Position numbers and translations under genes: made by a program
Notes under the pieces: generated by a model
Databases searched by the model: none
Told to the model about the DNA's origin: nothing
What the model saw: only the letters and a program-made list of their open reading frames with translations
Source: Cyanobacteriota bacterium
GTDB taxonomy: Bacteria > Cyanobacteriota > Cyanobacteriia > Cyanobacteriales > Microcoleaceae
Direction of reading: 5' to 3'
Assembly: GCA_043767465.1 (NCBI GenBank)
Contig: JAYUGZ010000156.1
Location: 2,857-66,856, forward strand
Length of the DNA: 64,000 nucleotides
In this document: positions 51,794-62,600 of the stretch, piece by piece
How the letters are laid out: each line of letters begins with the position of its first letter
How positions within the stretch are numbered: the stretch's first letter is position 1

Positions 51794-51984
51794 TTGTTCA
51801 AACTCGCGCGTTTTCGCACGCAAAGCTTGGATTATCAGTAAAAACCCTCCAACGTTGGGACGTTTCAGGGAAATTACCAGCTAAGCGAAATTACTCCAAA
51901 TTAATCAAAGAAAACCTGAAGAATGCTATTGACAAACCAGTACAAGACCTGGCAGAATTGAGTAATCAAGAAATACAGTGTTGA
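51794..51984 (+). pseudogene. tnpA: IS607 TnpA serine recombinase with internal deletion
   Basis: KLGLSVKTLQRWDVSGKLPAKR (MerR-type HTH) runs directly into the C-terminal NYSKLIKE; catalytic domain absent. Confidence 0.75.
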
Positions 51985-51993
51985 GGTCGAACA

Positions 51994-53070
51994 ATGCTTT
52001 TGTCCATCAAAACGAAGTTAAAGCTAAACAAGAGTCAGATGACCATTATGAGTAAGCACGCTGGAATAGCGAGGTTCACTTATAACTGGGGACTGGCTAC
52101 TTGGAGTGGCTTATACCAAGATGGATTGAAGCCCAACAAATACCTACTCAAGAAATTCTTCAACAATCATGTAAAACCTGGGTTTACATGGATCAAAGAG
52201 GCTGGTATTTGTCAAAAGATCACTCAATACGCATTCGACAATCTGGGGGATTCCTTCTCTAGATTTTTCTCAAAGAAAGGTGGATATCCCAAATTCAAAA
52301 AGAAGGGACATCATGATTCCTTCACGATTGATGCAAGTGGTAAGCCAATACCTGTGGGTGGTACATCTATAAAGCTACCAACAATCGGTTGGGTAAAAAC
52401 CTATGAGGGATTGCCTCACACTAACTGCAAATCAATCACTATTTCACGTACTGCCGATAGTTGGTTTATCGCATTTGCTTACGAACAGGATCATGAACCA
52501 ACGGTCAAAAGTCATGAAATTGTAGGAGTTGATTTGGGAATAAAAGAGTTGGCTACGCTTTCAACTGGCGTAGTATTTCCGAACCCAAAACACTATAAAG
52601 CGCATCTCGCAAAACTCAAGAGATTATCAAGAGTTCTCGCTAGAAAGGCAAAAGGTTCCGAGAATAGATATAAAGCCAAAACCCAGTTAGTAAGGCATCA
52701 TGCAAAAATAGCAAACCTCAGAAAAAACACTCTACATCAAATTACTACTTACTTATGCAAAAACCACGCAAAAATAGTAGTAGAAAATTTGAATGTTTCC
52801 GGGATGTTAGCTAACCATAAATTAGCCCAAGTGATTGCTGATTGCGGATTCCATGAATTCAAACGTCAGCTAGAATACAAGGCTAAAAAGTTTGGTTGTG
52901 AAATAATCATCGCCGACCGATGGTTTCCGTCGAGTAAAACCTGTTCAAGCTGTGGACATATTCAAGATATGCCACTCAAAGAAAGAACTTACAACTGTGG
53001 AAGTTGTGGTCATTCGATGGACAGAGATTTCAATGCAGCGATTAATTTATCACGTTTGGCTAAACCGTGA
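51994..53070 (+). CDS. tnpB: TnpB RNA-guided endonuclease
   Basis: RFTYNWGL, VGVDLG (RuvC-I), VVENL (RuvC-II), CSSC/CGSC zinc finger, DRDFNAAIN (RuvC-III). Confidence 0.95.
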   Translation: MLLSIKTKLKLNKSQMTIMSKHAGIARFTYNWGLATWSGLYQDGLKPNKYLLKKFFNNHVKPGFTWIKEAGICQKITQYAFDNLGDSFSRFFSKKGGYPKFKKKGHHDSFTIDASGKPIPVGGTSIKLPTIGWVKTYEGLPHTNCKSITISRTADSWFIAFAYEQDHEPTVKSHEIVGVDLGIKELATLSTGVVFPNPKHYKAHLAKLKRLSRVLARKAKGSENRYKAKTQLVRHHAKIANLRKNTLHQITTYLCKNHAKIVVENLNVSGMLANHKLAQVIADCGFHEFKRQLEYKAKKFGCEIIIADRWFPSSKTCSSCGHIQDMPLKERTYNCGSCGHSMDRDFNAAINLSRLAKP

Positions 53071-53173
53071 AAGCTTGCTGAGGGATAACCGCTCCCATGC
53101 TCCCAATGAAGTAAGAAATAAATGTCTAGACTTGTCTAGGATTTGTATAGCAGGCGTGCATACTATGCACATC
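53040..53173 (+). ncRNA. Predicted TnpB omegaRNA (reRNA) scaffold plus guide
   Basis: Inferred from position: region between the tnpB 3' end and the element end at 53153, with the flank as guide. The 5' boundary is approximate. Confidence 0.5.
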
Positions 53174-53614
53174 ACCGAAATCACTGGAAAACAACGCGTA
53201 CAGCCCATGCTAACTGTTACCGAACCTGGAATGTACAGATTGCTCTTAAAATCTCGCAAGCCAATAGCAAAGCGGTTTAAAAGATGGGTTTTCCACGAAG
53301 TGCTACCAGCTATTCGCAAAACAGGCTACTATAGTACCGATCGCTCTCGCGACAATTCTGAATTCTCTGAACTGGAACAATCTTTAGAGACAGCAAAGCA
53401 TGAAATCAAACAATATCAAGCAGAAAGCTACAAATTGAGACTGTCAATCGAGCGAACCAAATTTTCTTTTAACCATTTAGTTCAAGAAACAACCCACGTT
53501 TTCTCTCTCTTAAATAGCCTATGAGATATTGAGGGTAATTGTAAAAACCGCTGTCCATGTCGGTGAGGGAGCCGCTGAAAGCGGCTTAGTAGAGCTCACT
53601 CAATCCATCAGGAA

Positions 53615-55687
53615 ATGAACCTAGCTCTCACCCTAAAACACCTTCCCGGTCTTAGTCCCACTGAAGTTAAAAAACTGAGCCAAATGGGAATTCGCACCAT
53701 TAGCGACTTACTCTACTATTTTCCCACAAAGCATCTCACCTATAAACGCACTCGCATTACTGAAGCAGTCGCGGGAAGTTACGTAACAATTGCAGGCAAA
53801 ATTGTCAGTCACAGCATCTTCAACTGCCGAAACAACCCCAAACTCACCTTACAAAAGTGGATTATTCGCGATAAAACGGGTAGAATCACCTGCACTCAAT
53901 TCTACCACCATAGCTATTACCAATCCCTCGCATGGCGTTCCGAGCAAATCGAACTTTACGCTCCTGGTTCAATTGTAGTAGTGACTGGCCTCATTAAAGA
54001 AGACAGCTATGGCAAAAACATCAACAATCCTACTGTTCAAGTATTAAGTCTGAGTGATGCCAAAGCCAGCGCAACTTCCATTGTACCTGTCTACAAACAA
54101 TGCAAAGGGATTGCGTCAGAAACAATCGGAAAATGTACCCGCATAGCAATTAACTGCGTTGGTAAAATTACCGATCCGCTACCCAAAAAACTTCGGGATC
54201 GCTTACAACTTACCCATTTGAAGGAAGCGATCGCGTACATCCACTTCCCCCCTGATTATGAGGCGTTAGAAAGTGCAAGGCGGCGCTTAGCCTTCGATGA
54301 ATTTTTCTACTTGCAACTGGGACTATTGCAGCGCCGATATGCCTTGCACCAACAGCCGGGATGCCCCTTGGCTGCAACAGTCGAATTGCTAGGCAATTTC
54401 TACAAAACGTTACCTTTTGCCCTCACCAAAGCGCAGGAACGAGCCATTCTTGAGATTTTAACAGACATGAAACGCCCTGTACCCATGAATCGCTTGCTGC
54501 AAGGGGATGTGGGTGCTGGCAAAACTGTCGTAGCCGCAGTTGCTATGCTAGCTGCCGTTGAATCCGGCTACCAAGCAGCACTCATGGCACCAACAGAAGT
54601 TTTAGCGCAGCAGCACTACCGCAAAATTAGCCAGTGGTTAGAACCATTGGGGATAGAAGTCGCCCTACTCACTGGTTCCACTCCGACTCAACAACGCCAA
54701 TACCAACTGAGGCAGTTAGAATTAGGGCAAATTTCCTTGCTAATCGGTACTCATGCACTGATTCAAGACACCGTGAACTTTAAGAAACTGGGAATGGTTG
54801 CGATCGACGAACAGCACCGATTTGGAGTTCAACAGCGACTCAAATTGCAGCAAAAAGGCGTTAGTCCTCACATTTTAACAATGACAGCTACACCCATTCC
54901 CAGAACTTTAGCACTAACACTACACGGCGATTTAGACATCAGCTTGCTCAATGAACTACCACCGGGGAGACACCCAATTCAAACCCAGCTATTTACAAGT
55001 AAAACTCGCCGCAAAGCTTATGAAATAATTCGGCAACAACTCCAACTCTGCCATCAAGCTTACATCATTCTACCCCTTGTCGAAGAATCTCAAAAGCTTG
55101 ACCTCAAAGCAGCCATTGAAGAACACCGACAATTGAGTGAAAATGTCTTTCCTGATGTTAATATCGGGCTACTGCACGGCCGCATGAGTTCAGCAGAGAA
55201 AGAAACAGCGATCGCCAATTTTAACAGCAATCACACTCAAATTCTAGTATCCACCACCGTCGTTGAAGTAGGAGTTGATGTCCCCAACGCCACCGTCATC
55301 TTAATTGAACACGCGGAACGATTTGGCCTTTCGCAATTACATCAACTCAGAGGTCGGGTAGGACGAGATACTGCACAATCTTACTGCTTACTGGTGAGTG
55401 ATTCCAAGTCTAGCAATTCCAGAGAGCGACTTACGGTGATGGAGACTTCGCAAGACGGCTTTTTCTTAGCTGAAATGGATTTGAGATTGCGAGGCCCTGG
55501 TCAAGTTCTGGGTATTCAGCAAACCGGTCTTCCTAAATTTGCTACTTTGGATTTAGTCAAAGACCAAGCAATACTAGAACAAGCGAGGAAAGCAGCACAA
55601 TTAGTTACCAAAAAAGACCCTAATTTGAAACGGTGGCCTGAACTCTCGAAAGAATTGTTCCGGCGACAACAGGTTAATAACCTCTGA
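53615..55687 (+). CDS. recG: ATP-dependent DNA helicase RecG
   Basis: MNRLLQGDVGAGKT, MAPTEVLA, DEQHRFG, MTATPIPRT, QLHQLRGRVGR, DLRLRGPG; N-terminal wedge/OB region. Confidence 0.95.
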   Translation: MNLALTLKHLPGLSPTEVKKLSQMGIRTISDLLYYFPTKHLTYKRTRITEAVAGSYVTIAGKIVSHSIFNCRNNPKLTLQKWIIRDKTGRITCTQFYHHSYYQSLAWRSEQIELYAPGSIVVVTGLIKEDSYGKNINNPTVQVLSLSDAKASATSIVPVYKQCKGIASETIGKCTRIAINCVGKITDPLPKKLRDRLQLTHLKEAIAYIHFPPDYEALESARRRLAFDEFFYLQLGLLQRRYALHQQPGCPLAATVELLGNFYKTLPFALTKAQERAILEILTDMKRPVPMNRLLQGDVGAGKTVVAAVAMLAAVESGYQAALMAPTEVLAQQHYRKISQWLEPLGIEVALLTGSTPTQQRQYQLRQLELGQISLLIGTHALIQDTVNFKKLGMVAIDEQHRFGVQQRLKLQQKGVSPHILTMTATPIPRTLALTLHGDLDISLLNELPPGRHPIQTQLFTSKTRRKAYEIIRQQLQLCHQAYIILPLVEESQKLDLKAAIEEHRQLSENVFPDVNIGLLHGRMSSAEKETAIANFNSNHTQILVSTTVVEVGVDVPNATVILIEHAERFGLSQLHQLRGRVGRDTAQSYCLLVSDSKSSNSRERLTVMETSQDGFFLAEMDLRLRGPGQVLGIQQTGLPKFATLDLVKDQAILEQARKAAQLVTKKDPNLKRWPELSKELFRRQQVNNL

Positions 55688-55689
55688 GA

Positions 55690-55756
55690 AGAAGGGGAGA
55701 GTGGGAGAGAGGTAGAATTTGACGCTTACTTTCTATTCCCCACTCCCGACTCCCCG
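55690..55756. repeat. Dispersed repeat, copy 2
   Basis: G-rich arm, AGAATTTGACGCTTACTT, C-rich arm; between convergent recG and fic. Confidence 0.75.
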
Positions 55757-56803
55757 CTATTGCTTTCGCCAATGTGCATCAACCCCTCGTCCCTGACATT
55801 GCAAACGTCCAGCATCCCTCTCCCGTCGCAATAGACGACGAATCAAATCAATTCCCACTGTCGGGCACCGTTCCTGCAATTCCCTAACAGAAAATTCTTG
55901 AGGCAAATTGTTAATCCCATCCAATACAATTGCCGTTTTAGTTCCTTTTGCAGAAGTAACATATCCCACCCGTTGCTCAAATTCTCGATAGGCTGATAGC
56001 AGCATAACCCCCAAAAAATACTCCCACCAAGGTAATAAATTATGCTGCCCTTCATGCCATCCCTGGGAAGAGTGGTAAAGCGTATCGTAAGAGCTTTCCT
56101 TCGTTCTCTCCACAATCCGTTCCAAACTAATAAATCGCCCCACCTCATAACCGGCTTTGTATAGCAGCAGCAAAGTGAGTAACCTTGCCATCCGCCCGTT
56201 TCCATCTAAAAATGGGTGAATACACAAAAAATCCAAAATATAAGTTGGAATCAGCAATAAAGGTTCTATCTCACCAGATTCCCAGAGGTGATTAAACCGT
56301 TCTTGCAAACGTTCCATTGCTGCGGGAGTAGCATAAGCTGGAGTAGGTCGAAACCTCACCAATTTAGTCCCATCAGGATAAGTAGCGCTAATTTCATTAT
56401 CCACTGTTTTCCAGCGTCCACCTGTATTAACGGCAAATTGGTAAAGGTCACGGTGCAGTTGTAAAATGACTCCTGTACTAAAAGGAATATGAGTATAACT
56501 GGTGTGAATTGTAGTTAGCACATCCCGATAACCCGCAATTTCTTGTTCAGAACGATCGCGCGGTGTTGTTTTTTCTGCTACTAATTTCTTAATCCGTTCC
56601 AGTGGTACTGTAATACCTTCAATGCGGTTAGAAGATTCGGTACTCTGAATAACCGCAGCTTGGCGCCAAGTGCCTAAAACTTGTGGGGCCTGTTCTTTAA
56701 ATAACTGTTGCTTTCCCTTGTACTCTCCAATTAGGCGAATTGTTTGAAGCAACCGTTGGTTAAGGGGTTGCTTTTCTATTAAACCTTCTTCAAATGATTG
56801 CAT
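55757..56803 (-). CDS. Fic family protein with C-terminal HTH
   Basis: HPFLDGNGRMAR; STESSNRIEG (inhibitory-helix-like motif). Confidence 0.92.
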   Translation of the reverse strand: MQSFEEGLIEKQPLNQRLLQTIRLIGEYKGKQQLFKEQAPQVLGTWRQAAVIQSTESSNRIEGITVPLERIKKLVAEKTTPRDRSEQEIAGYRDVLTTIHTSYTHIPFSTGVILQLHRDLYQFAVNTGGRWKTVDNEISATYPDGTKLVRFRPTPAYATPAAMERLQERFNHLWESGEIEPLLLIPTYILDFLCIHPFLDGNGRMARLLTLLLLYKAGYEVGRFISLERIVERTKESSYDTLYHSSQGWHEGQHNLLPWWEYFLGVMLLSAYREFEQRVGYVTSAKGTKTAIVLDGINNLPQEFSVRELQERCPTVGIDLIRRLLRRERDAGRLQCQGRGVDAHWRKQ

Positions 56804-56874
56804 ATTAATTTCACCTGACTTTGATAAGTATACCGCATAAAAAAGGTTTTGGTAGAGGCTTACTTATCTAGTTA

Positions 56875-57903
56875 TCAACTCCCCTTAGAATTAGGTAAAT
56901 AGCTAAGGCGATAATTAGTTTTAGCCATTTTCCTAGCTTCTGCTGTTGTCCAAGGTTTAACCGGAAGCAAATCAGGTTCAGATTCTAACAGCTTATAGGA
57001 AAAGAGATCGCCCGTTACTTCAGCAATGACAAAAGCAATAAACTTGCAACAGCTTAACGGTGCTTGTACTACCTGCTTCTCAGTAAACCTAACCACAATC
57101 CAATTCCACTCTAAGAATAATTGATTACGGCGGACATCGCCCTCAGCATCGCAACAGTGAGTCGGCTGCTTAGATTTACCCGCATAAGGTTCATCAATCT
57201 CCACATCAATTCCTATCCCCGATGGAGTGTGAATTACAATAAAATCTGCTGAATAGCTTCTTCGAGATGACGGAATTTTAAACTCCGCTGCCTGTACAAC
57301 TCCCTTAAAATACCGCTGCAAGTATTGCAAAAAGCGTTCTTCACTCACCCCTTGTCGAGCTTGAGAACAGCCAATATAACTAACCCGAAGTGACATCAAA
57401 TCCTTCAGCAATCTATTTCTGGAATCAAAGTCAAGTTTTACGCTTTTTAAAACTGTCTGCAACCCTTCTTTTCCCAGCTTAAAACTAGAGAATTCCGGCT
57501 GCTTTTTGGATAATATCTCTTGTTGCTTATACTCCAAAACCTGCTGCTTATATCTAGATAACAGTTTGTGGCGGCAATCAAACACATAACTATAAGCAGC
57601 CGCAATTAAACATGAATAAGCCGCTACTACCAGCAGCATTTCCCACCATAGCCAACCCCACGATATAGCAATCAGCGGGAGAGCGATCGCACCATACAGC
57701 CAAGACACCCAAATTAACCACAGTAGCTTGACAGGTAACACTACAGGCGCTTGAGGCGGAGTCAGCAAAACAACAGGTTGCCTGAATTGTTGAGTTTCTT
57801 GAACTTGGGATGAGGTAGCACCACTAGAAATTACCTCTGACAAAGGATATTGATGGCAGAACTGCATTACTACTTTTGGGTAAAAAACTATGGGGTAATT
57901 CAT
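56875..57903 (-). CDS. Two-TM protein with C-terminal DUF559/Vsr-like PD-(D/E)xK nuclease domain
   Basis: Two hydrophobic helices, then GVSE..F, YSADF, IDVEIDEPY, D..RNQLFLEWNWIVVRFTE. Confidence 0.75.
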   Translation of the reverse strand: MNYPIVFYPKVVMQFCHQYPLSEVISSGATSSQVQETQQFRQPVVLLTPPQAPVVLPVKLLWLIWVSWLYGAIALPLIAISWGWLWWEMLLVVAAYSCLIAAAYSYVFDCRHKLLSRYKQQVLEYKQQEILSKKQPEFSSFKLGKEGLQTVLKSVKLDFDSRNRLLKDLMSLRVSYIGCSQARQGVSEERFLQYLQRYFKGVVQAAEFKIPSSRRSYSADFIVIHTPSGIGIDVEIDEPYAGKSKQPTHCCDAEGDVRRNQLFLEWNWIVVRFTEKQVVQAPLSCCKFIAFVIAEVTGDLFSYKLLESEPDLLPVKPWTTAEARKMAKTNYRLSYLPNSKGS

Positions 57904-57968
57904 CTCTTTAAATCCTCTTTTTTTAAGAGCGCTATCGCGCTATTTGTTAGAAAATATTTTTGACCTGT

Positions 57969-58151
57969 ATGCCCAAAACCCAAGCATCAAATTCCCAAAA
58001 AACAACTGATTTTCCACCAGTCATCAAGATTAAAAACCACAAACAATATAGGCATCTTGCTATTGAATCTGACCCAGAAACAATAGCTGCACTTACTCAA
58101 ATTGAAGCTCGACATGATTACTACCACACCTGCATTAACGGACGATATTGA
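57969..58151 (+). CDS. Small hypothetical protein
   Basis: ATG at 57969; its stop overlaps the start of the Gp157 gene. Confidence 0.5.
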   Translation: MPKTQASNSQKTTDFPPVIKIKNHKQYRHLAIESDPETIAALTQIEARHDYYHTCINGRY

Positions 58152-58795
58152 TGAATCTTGCTACTCAATCCCTCGCTCAAACCTCCCTAGCTGCTGCTCA
58201 ACTTTGGCATCAACTAGAATCAATAGAAACTCCTGAAGAAATTGACCAACTGCTGCAATCCCTTTGGCAAACCCAAGAAAGCCAAGAACTTGCTGTTGAC
58301 ACCCACGCGGACTTAGCTGACCAAATTGATGCCGAAATTGCTGCAATCAAGGCTCGAATGCAGTATTTGATAGAACTGCATTCCACAGCTATCAACAAAC
58401 TCCAAGGGTGGAGAGAACGCTTAGACAAAACCGTTCTCTACTTCAACGAGTGCGGCGTGTTAACTTCAGAAACTATCGGTAAACACCACCGCATTACTGT
58501 TAAGGAAAATCCGCCTACCTGTGAAGTTTTAGTTGACGCTTCTCAACTACCAGAACCCTATCGCCGAGTTGAAACTAAAACCATAATTTCTGCTGACAAA
58601 AAGGCGATTGCAGATGCTTGGAAACAAGGACTGCCTGTAGACGGGACTAACGTTTTCTGTAAGCGCCGAGTTGTTTATAGCCTACTCAAAGGCAATAACT
58701 TGAATGCCTACCCAGCTAATTTAAACTCCCAGTTGCCAGCCGCAGCATCGACCACTCAACCAAAAGCAAAACGCCAAAAGCGCCACTCTCCTTAG
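58148..58795 (+). CDS. Siphovirus Gp157-family protein
   Basis: Coiled-coil N-half; ITVKENPP..EV...LPEPY...ADKKAIADAWKQGLPVDG. Confidence 0.8.
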   Translation: MMNLATQSLAQTSLAAAQLWHQLESIETPEEIDQLLQSLWQTQESQELAVDTHADLADQIDAEIAAIKARMQYLIELHSTAINKLQGWRERLDKTVLYFNECGVLTSETIGKHHRITVKENPPTCEVLVDASQLPEPYRRVETKTIISADKKAIADAWKQGLPVDGTNVFCKRRVVYSLLKGNNLNAYPANLNSQLPAAASTTQPKAKRQKRHSP

Positions 58796-58864
58796 ATAGG
58801 AAAATGGGAAGTTAGGAGGACACAGAAATTTCATTCGCTGCGCCTTTTTCTTCCCTTTCCTCAG

Positions 58865-59077
58865 CTAAACCTCGCTCCAATAGCTCAAATCATCAAGCTC
58901 CTCTTCTGTTGCACCAAAAGTATTAATCCACCTCATAGCTCGCTCAAATAAGTGGCTATTTAACCGCCGCTTATCGGCATCAGACTGAGGCGGATTAGAC
59001 CCCTGCCAACAATTATCACCCAGCTCAATTTTATCAAGGCATTGAGGGGACTGTGATTCAAATTTATTCTCTTGCAT
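58865..59077 (-). CDS. Small hypothetical protein
   Basis: 70-aa ATG ORF filling the gap; no recognised motif. Confidence 0.4.
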   Translation of the reverse strand: MQENKFESQSPQCLDKIELGDNCWQGSNPPQSDADKRRLNSHLFERAMRWINTFGATEEELDDLSYWSEV

Positions 59078-59122
59078 TCTTTAACCCTACCTAATTGTTA
59101 CCTTCAGTTTAACCCACTTTAT

Positions 59123-59310
59123 AGGGAGTGGGAAGTTGGGGAGAGAGGGAGAGAGGGGGAGGGGGAGTGGGGGAGAATTTGACGCTTACTTCCTAAACTG
59201 TACGGCATTAAAATTTGGTATTTTTTAATGCCAGATAAAAACTCGTCAAATCCTCTCCCACTCTCCCTAACTCCCCAACTACCCACTCCCACTCCCCCAC
59301 TCTCCCCCTC
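59123..59310. repeat. Dispersed repeat, copy 3 (longest, nested inverted repeats)
   Basis: G arm/C arm; GAGAATTTGACG (59173) ... CGTCAAATCCTC (59244); inner GGCATTAAAA ... TTTTAATGCC. Confidence 0.8.
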
Positions 59311-59604
59311 CAATTGAGCGGGTAACTATCCCTCAATCATCGGATGTCTTTTCACTTCCAAACTTGTACAAAAGAAATTGAGTGTGTGGGCAAAAAGACA
59401 TAAATTTACCTACTCTCACTCATGGTTTCACGCTTCCATTGATTAACCCTATCCAATCCATTAGCATCGAAATTCTCAAGTCGAGGTCAATGATTCCCCA
59501 TTCCCTTTTCATACTCCGCATTCCCCACTCCCCATTATTCCGGTACAACCGGAATTGATATCAATCATCACAACTAACTTTTCAGGTTTCAGGAGATACT
59601 CATA

Positions 59605-62600
59605 ATGACCAAAAAGCATTCTCAATCACTAGAGCCTACCTGCCAGTATACTGAGCTTCTAGCAGGAGTTGGGCTAAAAATCCCTGTCTTTGATATGTCC
59701 TTAGAGAACGGCAAAGAAAAAGGACGCTACCAAATAGAACCGGAAATCCTCCGAAATTCAATGCTTGAACTACTCTTTAAACCCGAAGAATTAGCAACAC
59801 TAACCATCGTCAAACCAGACCCAGATGATAGCAGCCTTGACCCTCTCAAAAACATCGACTTCGGAGACGGTATTGCTAGAAGAGTTGCCTTTAGTTCTGG
59901 CAAGAATGTCTACTTTGCTGACAAAGAACTCTCAGCCAGACTGTTAAGTGTATTCACAACTCAACCAGATCATTCCTGTCGCTACGGCTCTCTGCTAGTA
60001 AGCAGTTGCACTCAAGGAGTCCAGTTGTTAGACTGCTCTGTTAGTGGTGAAACATTGCGAGTCAAAATTGTTGATTCCCAAAGTGATGACCCTTCTGAAA
60101 AAGCTTTAGCTCAACGATATCAAACCGGAGACTGTCACGGCAAGATTTCACCCACATTAGCCCAACAATTAGATGGCATTCACAACCGCCCTTTTCAATT
60201 TCGATTTGCTTGGCTTTCAGACTGGGAACAAGAGAATTGTGCCACTCCCCAAATTAACTTCCTTGCTAAAGGAACGCTACTTCCCGATGACCAATTAACT
60301 GATAATTTAGGCTATGATATCATTATGGATCGCTCTTCCATCAAAGGAGTTGCCGCATTGCAATTAGCTGAATTAATCCCTTGCGGAGATTACGAATTTC
60401 CCAAAGCGGTACTAGGAAATCGAGGCAATGCCAAAGTAACTGAATACGAAAATTCCTGGCAATTTTCGATTTGGTACTCCGAATCAGCTATTCAGACTGA
60501 CATCGCCACCCCCACCAAACTTGAAGCCCAAAAGTTAGCTGACTTGCAAAACAATCGGTTGCAACTTGCTAAATACTTAGTAGAGCAACATGACAAGAAA
60601 GTGGCTTTTCAATCTAACATTCACGAAGACAACAACGGATTAGAAGATGAAACCGATGAAAAAGCTCAACGCAATGAATATCGGCTAATTTCTATTTTGA
60701 GAAACGACAAACTCGGTCAACTCCTTGACTTTCCCAAAGTCGTCGATTTCATGCAAGAACAACTAGCTAAGAAGTGGCGAGACTTAGCAATTAAAGGAGC
60801 AATTCATCATGGTTCAGCAATGGCTCAACCCTGCGAAGACCTAAAACCCGGTACAATTGTTGCCCCCCACTTGAAAAACGGCACAGAAGTCATCGTTACC
60901 CGATACCCAATTGTCAGTAAAGATAACATCCGCCGCTACACAGTAGACAATAAAAGCCATCCCGAATTAATGCAGTACAAAGGATGCGCCTTCATTCGCC
61001 CCGACCAAGCTATGCAGCACCACCAGTGCGATTTTGATGGAGATCAATTAGTAATTACTCCCGCCTCAAAACTGCCCAATATTGCCTCTGAAACCAGACA
61101 CGCAAATGAAGAAAACGAGTATGAAGCTGTTTCCAAGCGTAGCAAAATTGATTACACCAAAGCTACTGATCAAGAGGGAAACCGTAAGTATACCAAACTG
61201 CGGCAAATTGCCGTAGCGATCGCACACAACAAAATCGGCTGGGTTGCTACCTTAATTGGACGAGTACAGTCTTCTGTACCCCAACCAAAACAACCTACAA
61301 ACTTATTTAACCACAAGAAGCAGAAACTACTCGGTCAACTGTTTGATGCCCTACAAATTGAAGTGGACAGCCCCAAAAGCGCTACTCGCACAGAAGACTA
61401 CCACCCCAATTTGCTAAATCTTGCTAAACAATGGTCAAACGAATACCCCTCTTACTTGTTTGACTTCAAAGACGACCCCCGGCTTTACAAAACAGTACCA
61501 CTGCCCGCAGAAGACAACGCTGCCATCAGTTGCATCGCTCGCAGTGCGGTTAATCCTGAGTGGGAACCCACCCGCTTAACCAGCCGCCACCGCGACGAAT
61601 TTCGCTACCTGTTCCCCTCTCCTAAAGATTTAGATGAGAGAGAAGATTGGGAGAAATACTACGTGACATGGGCCAAAGATACTAAAGAGCGATATCGAGA
61701 ACGGATGGCAGAAATCTACGAGCAACAAGGCGATGACCTCAAAGCTATTAGAGAAGCTGTTGGCAAATTGTATGAGAGTTTAAGAACTGACGTAGCTGAC
61801 GCATTTCCTCACCCCAAAGAGCGGATGTTAGCTGCTAGCGCATTGTGGCACGTAGAAACTACAAATCCCAATTTAGACGTGCCTCGCAAAGCTTGTCTTG
61901 AACTGTCGCGCCAACTGAAAATTGAGTTCCACCTCGAATCTGACTATGAGCGGCTACATGAAGCTCTGCCCAAGGATACTTACATTTTGAGCGTCCCTTT
62001 TCAAAAATTAGCAAGAGATGGAAGCGGTCAAATTAAAAGGGATAGCAAGCGACAGCCAATTAGCACTGACTTAGCTGGTGAATGGAAGGAAAAGCTAGAC
62101 AATAAAGGCATTAAATACGAAGCTAGTTTACATCCCAGCTTGCCGATGGTTAACTTTGCCTTGCTCGACCCCAATGAGAAATTGGTAGAAGTCCTAGATC
62201 AGGAATTTGGCAACAATGAAAATGACATCGACTCTCTCAATTTAACTTACCGAGATCGCTTGGGTCGAACCCAAACTGCCAATTCGCGTATTGTAGCTCC
62301 TGCCAGCTACAATTGGGTTGAATCTAAAGACAGCCAAACTCCCAAAGCTGCATTGGTTCTTAACTTGTTCTCCGATGAAATTTGCCAGCAATTGCAGACT
62401 TTTCAGTTTGAAACTGTTGAACTAATTGGTCAAAAGTACAACGATTTCAAAGATGTTGATTTTAGCACCGAGAAGTGGAAGGGAAAAAGATTGAGTTTTG
62501 AAGTCGATGCTTTTAAAAGCGACACTGGTAATTACCGAGATGGCAGCCCAATTGTCAAGCTCAACGACCGTCAACTAGCCATGTTTTCGCCTAATTCTCC

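Larger units (their letters stand above)
51727..53153 (+). mobile_element. Non-autonomous IS607-family element
   Basis: Precise insertion with only a shared AG at the junctions; TAGACA/TGTCTA subterminal repeats; deleted tnpA plus tnpB. Confidence 0.88.
50499..53524 (+). pseudogene. Bro-N (phage antirepressor-like) protein interrupted by IS607; ~532 aa when rejoined
   Basis: FKFEGKQVRMVG.PDTPSWIAQDVCDVLGI...DEDER | GVHTM...VTEPGMYRLLLKSRKPIAKRFKRWVFHEVLPAIRKTGYY; joining 51726 to 53154 restores the frame. Confidence 0.9.

Noticed and set aside
51727-53153. IStron (group I intron-IS607 hybrid) or Cas12 locus
   Set aside because: Only ~65 bp precede the tnpA remnant, too little for a group I core. 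The 5' flank ends in G, not U. No CRISPR array or cas genes are present.
52952-53153. N-terminal part of the 190-aa ORF 52952..53524
   Set aside because: Chance read-through of the IS end; only 53154 onward belongs to the Bro-N gene.
59119-59313. Short ORFs at 59119..59313, 63702..63938 and 63736..63960
   Set aside because: Translations of the G/C-rich repeats; low complexity.
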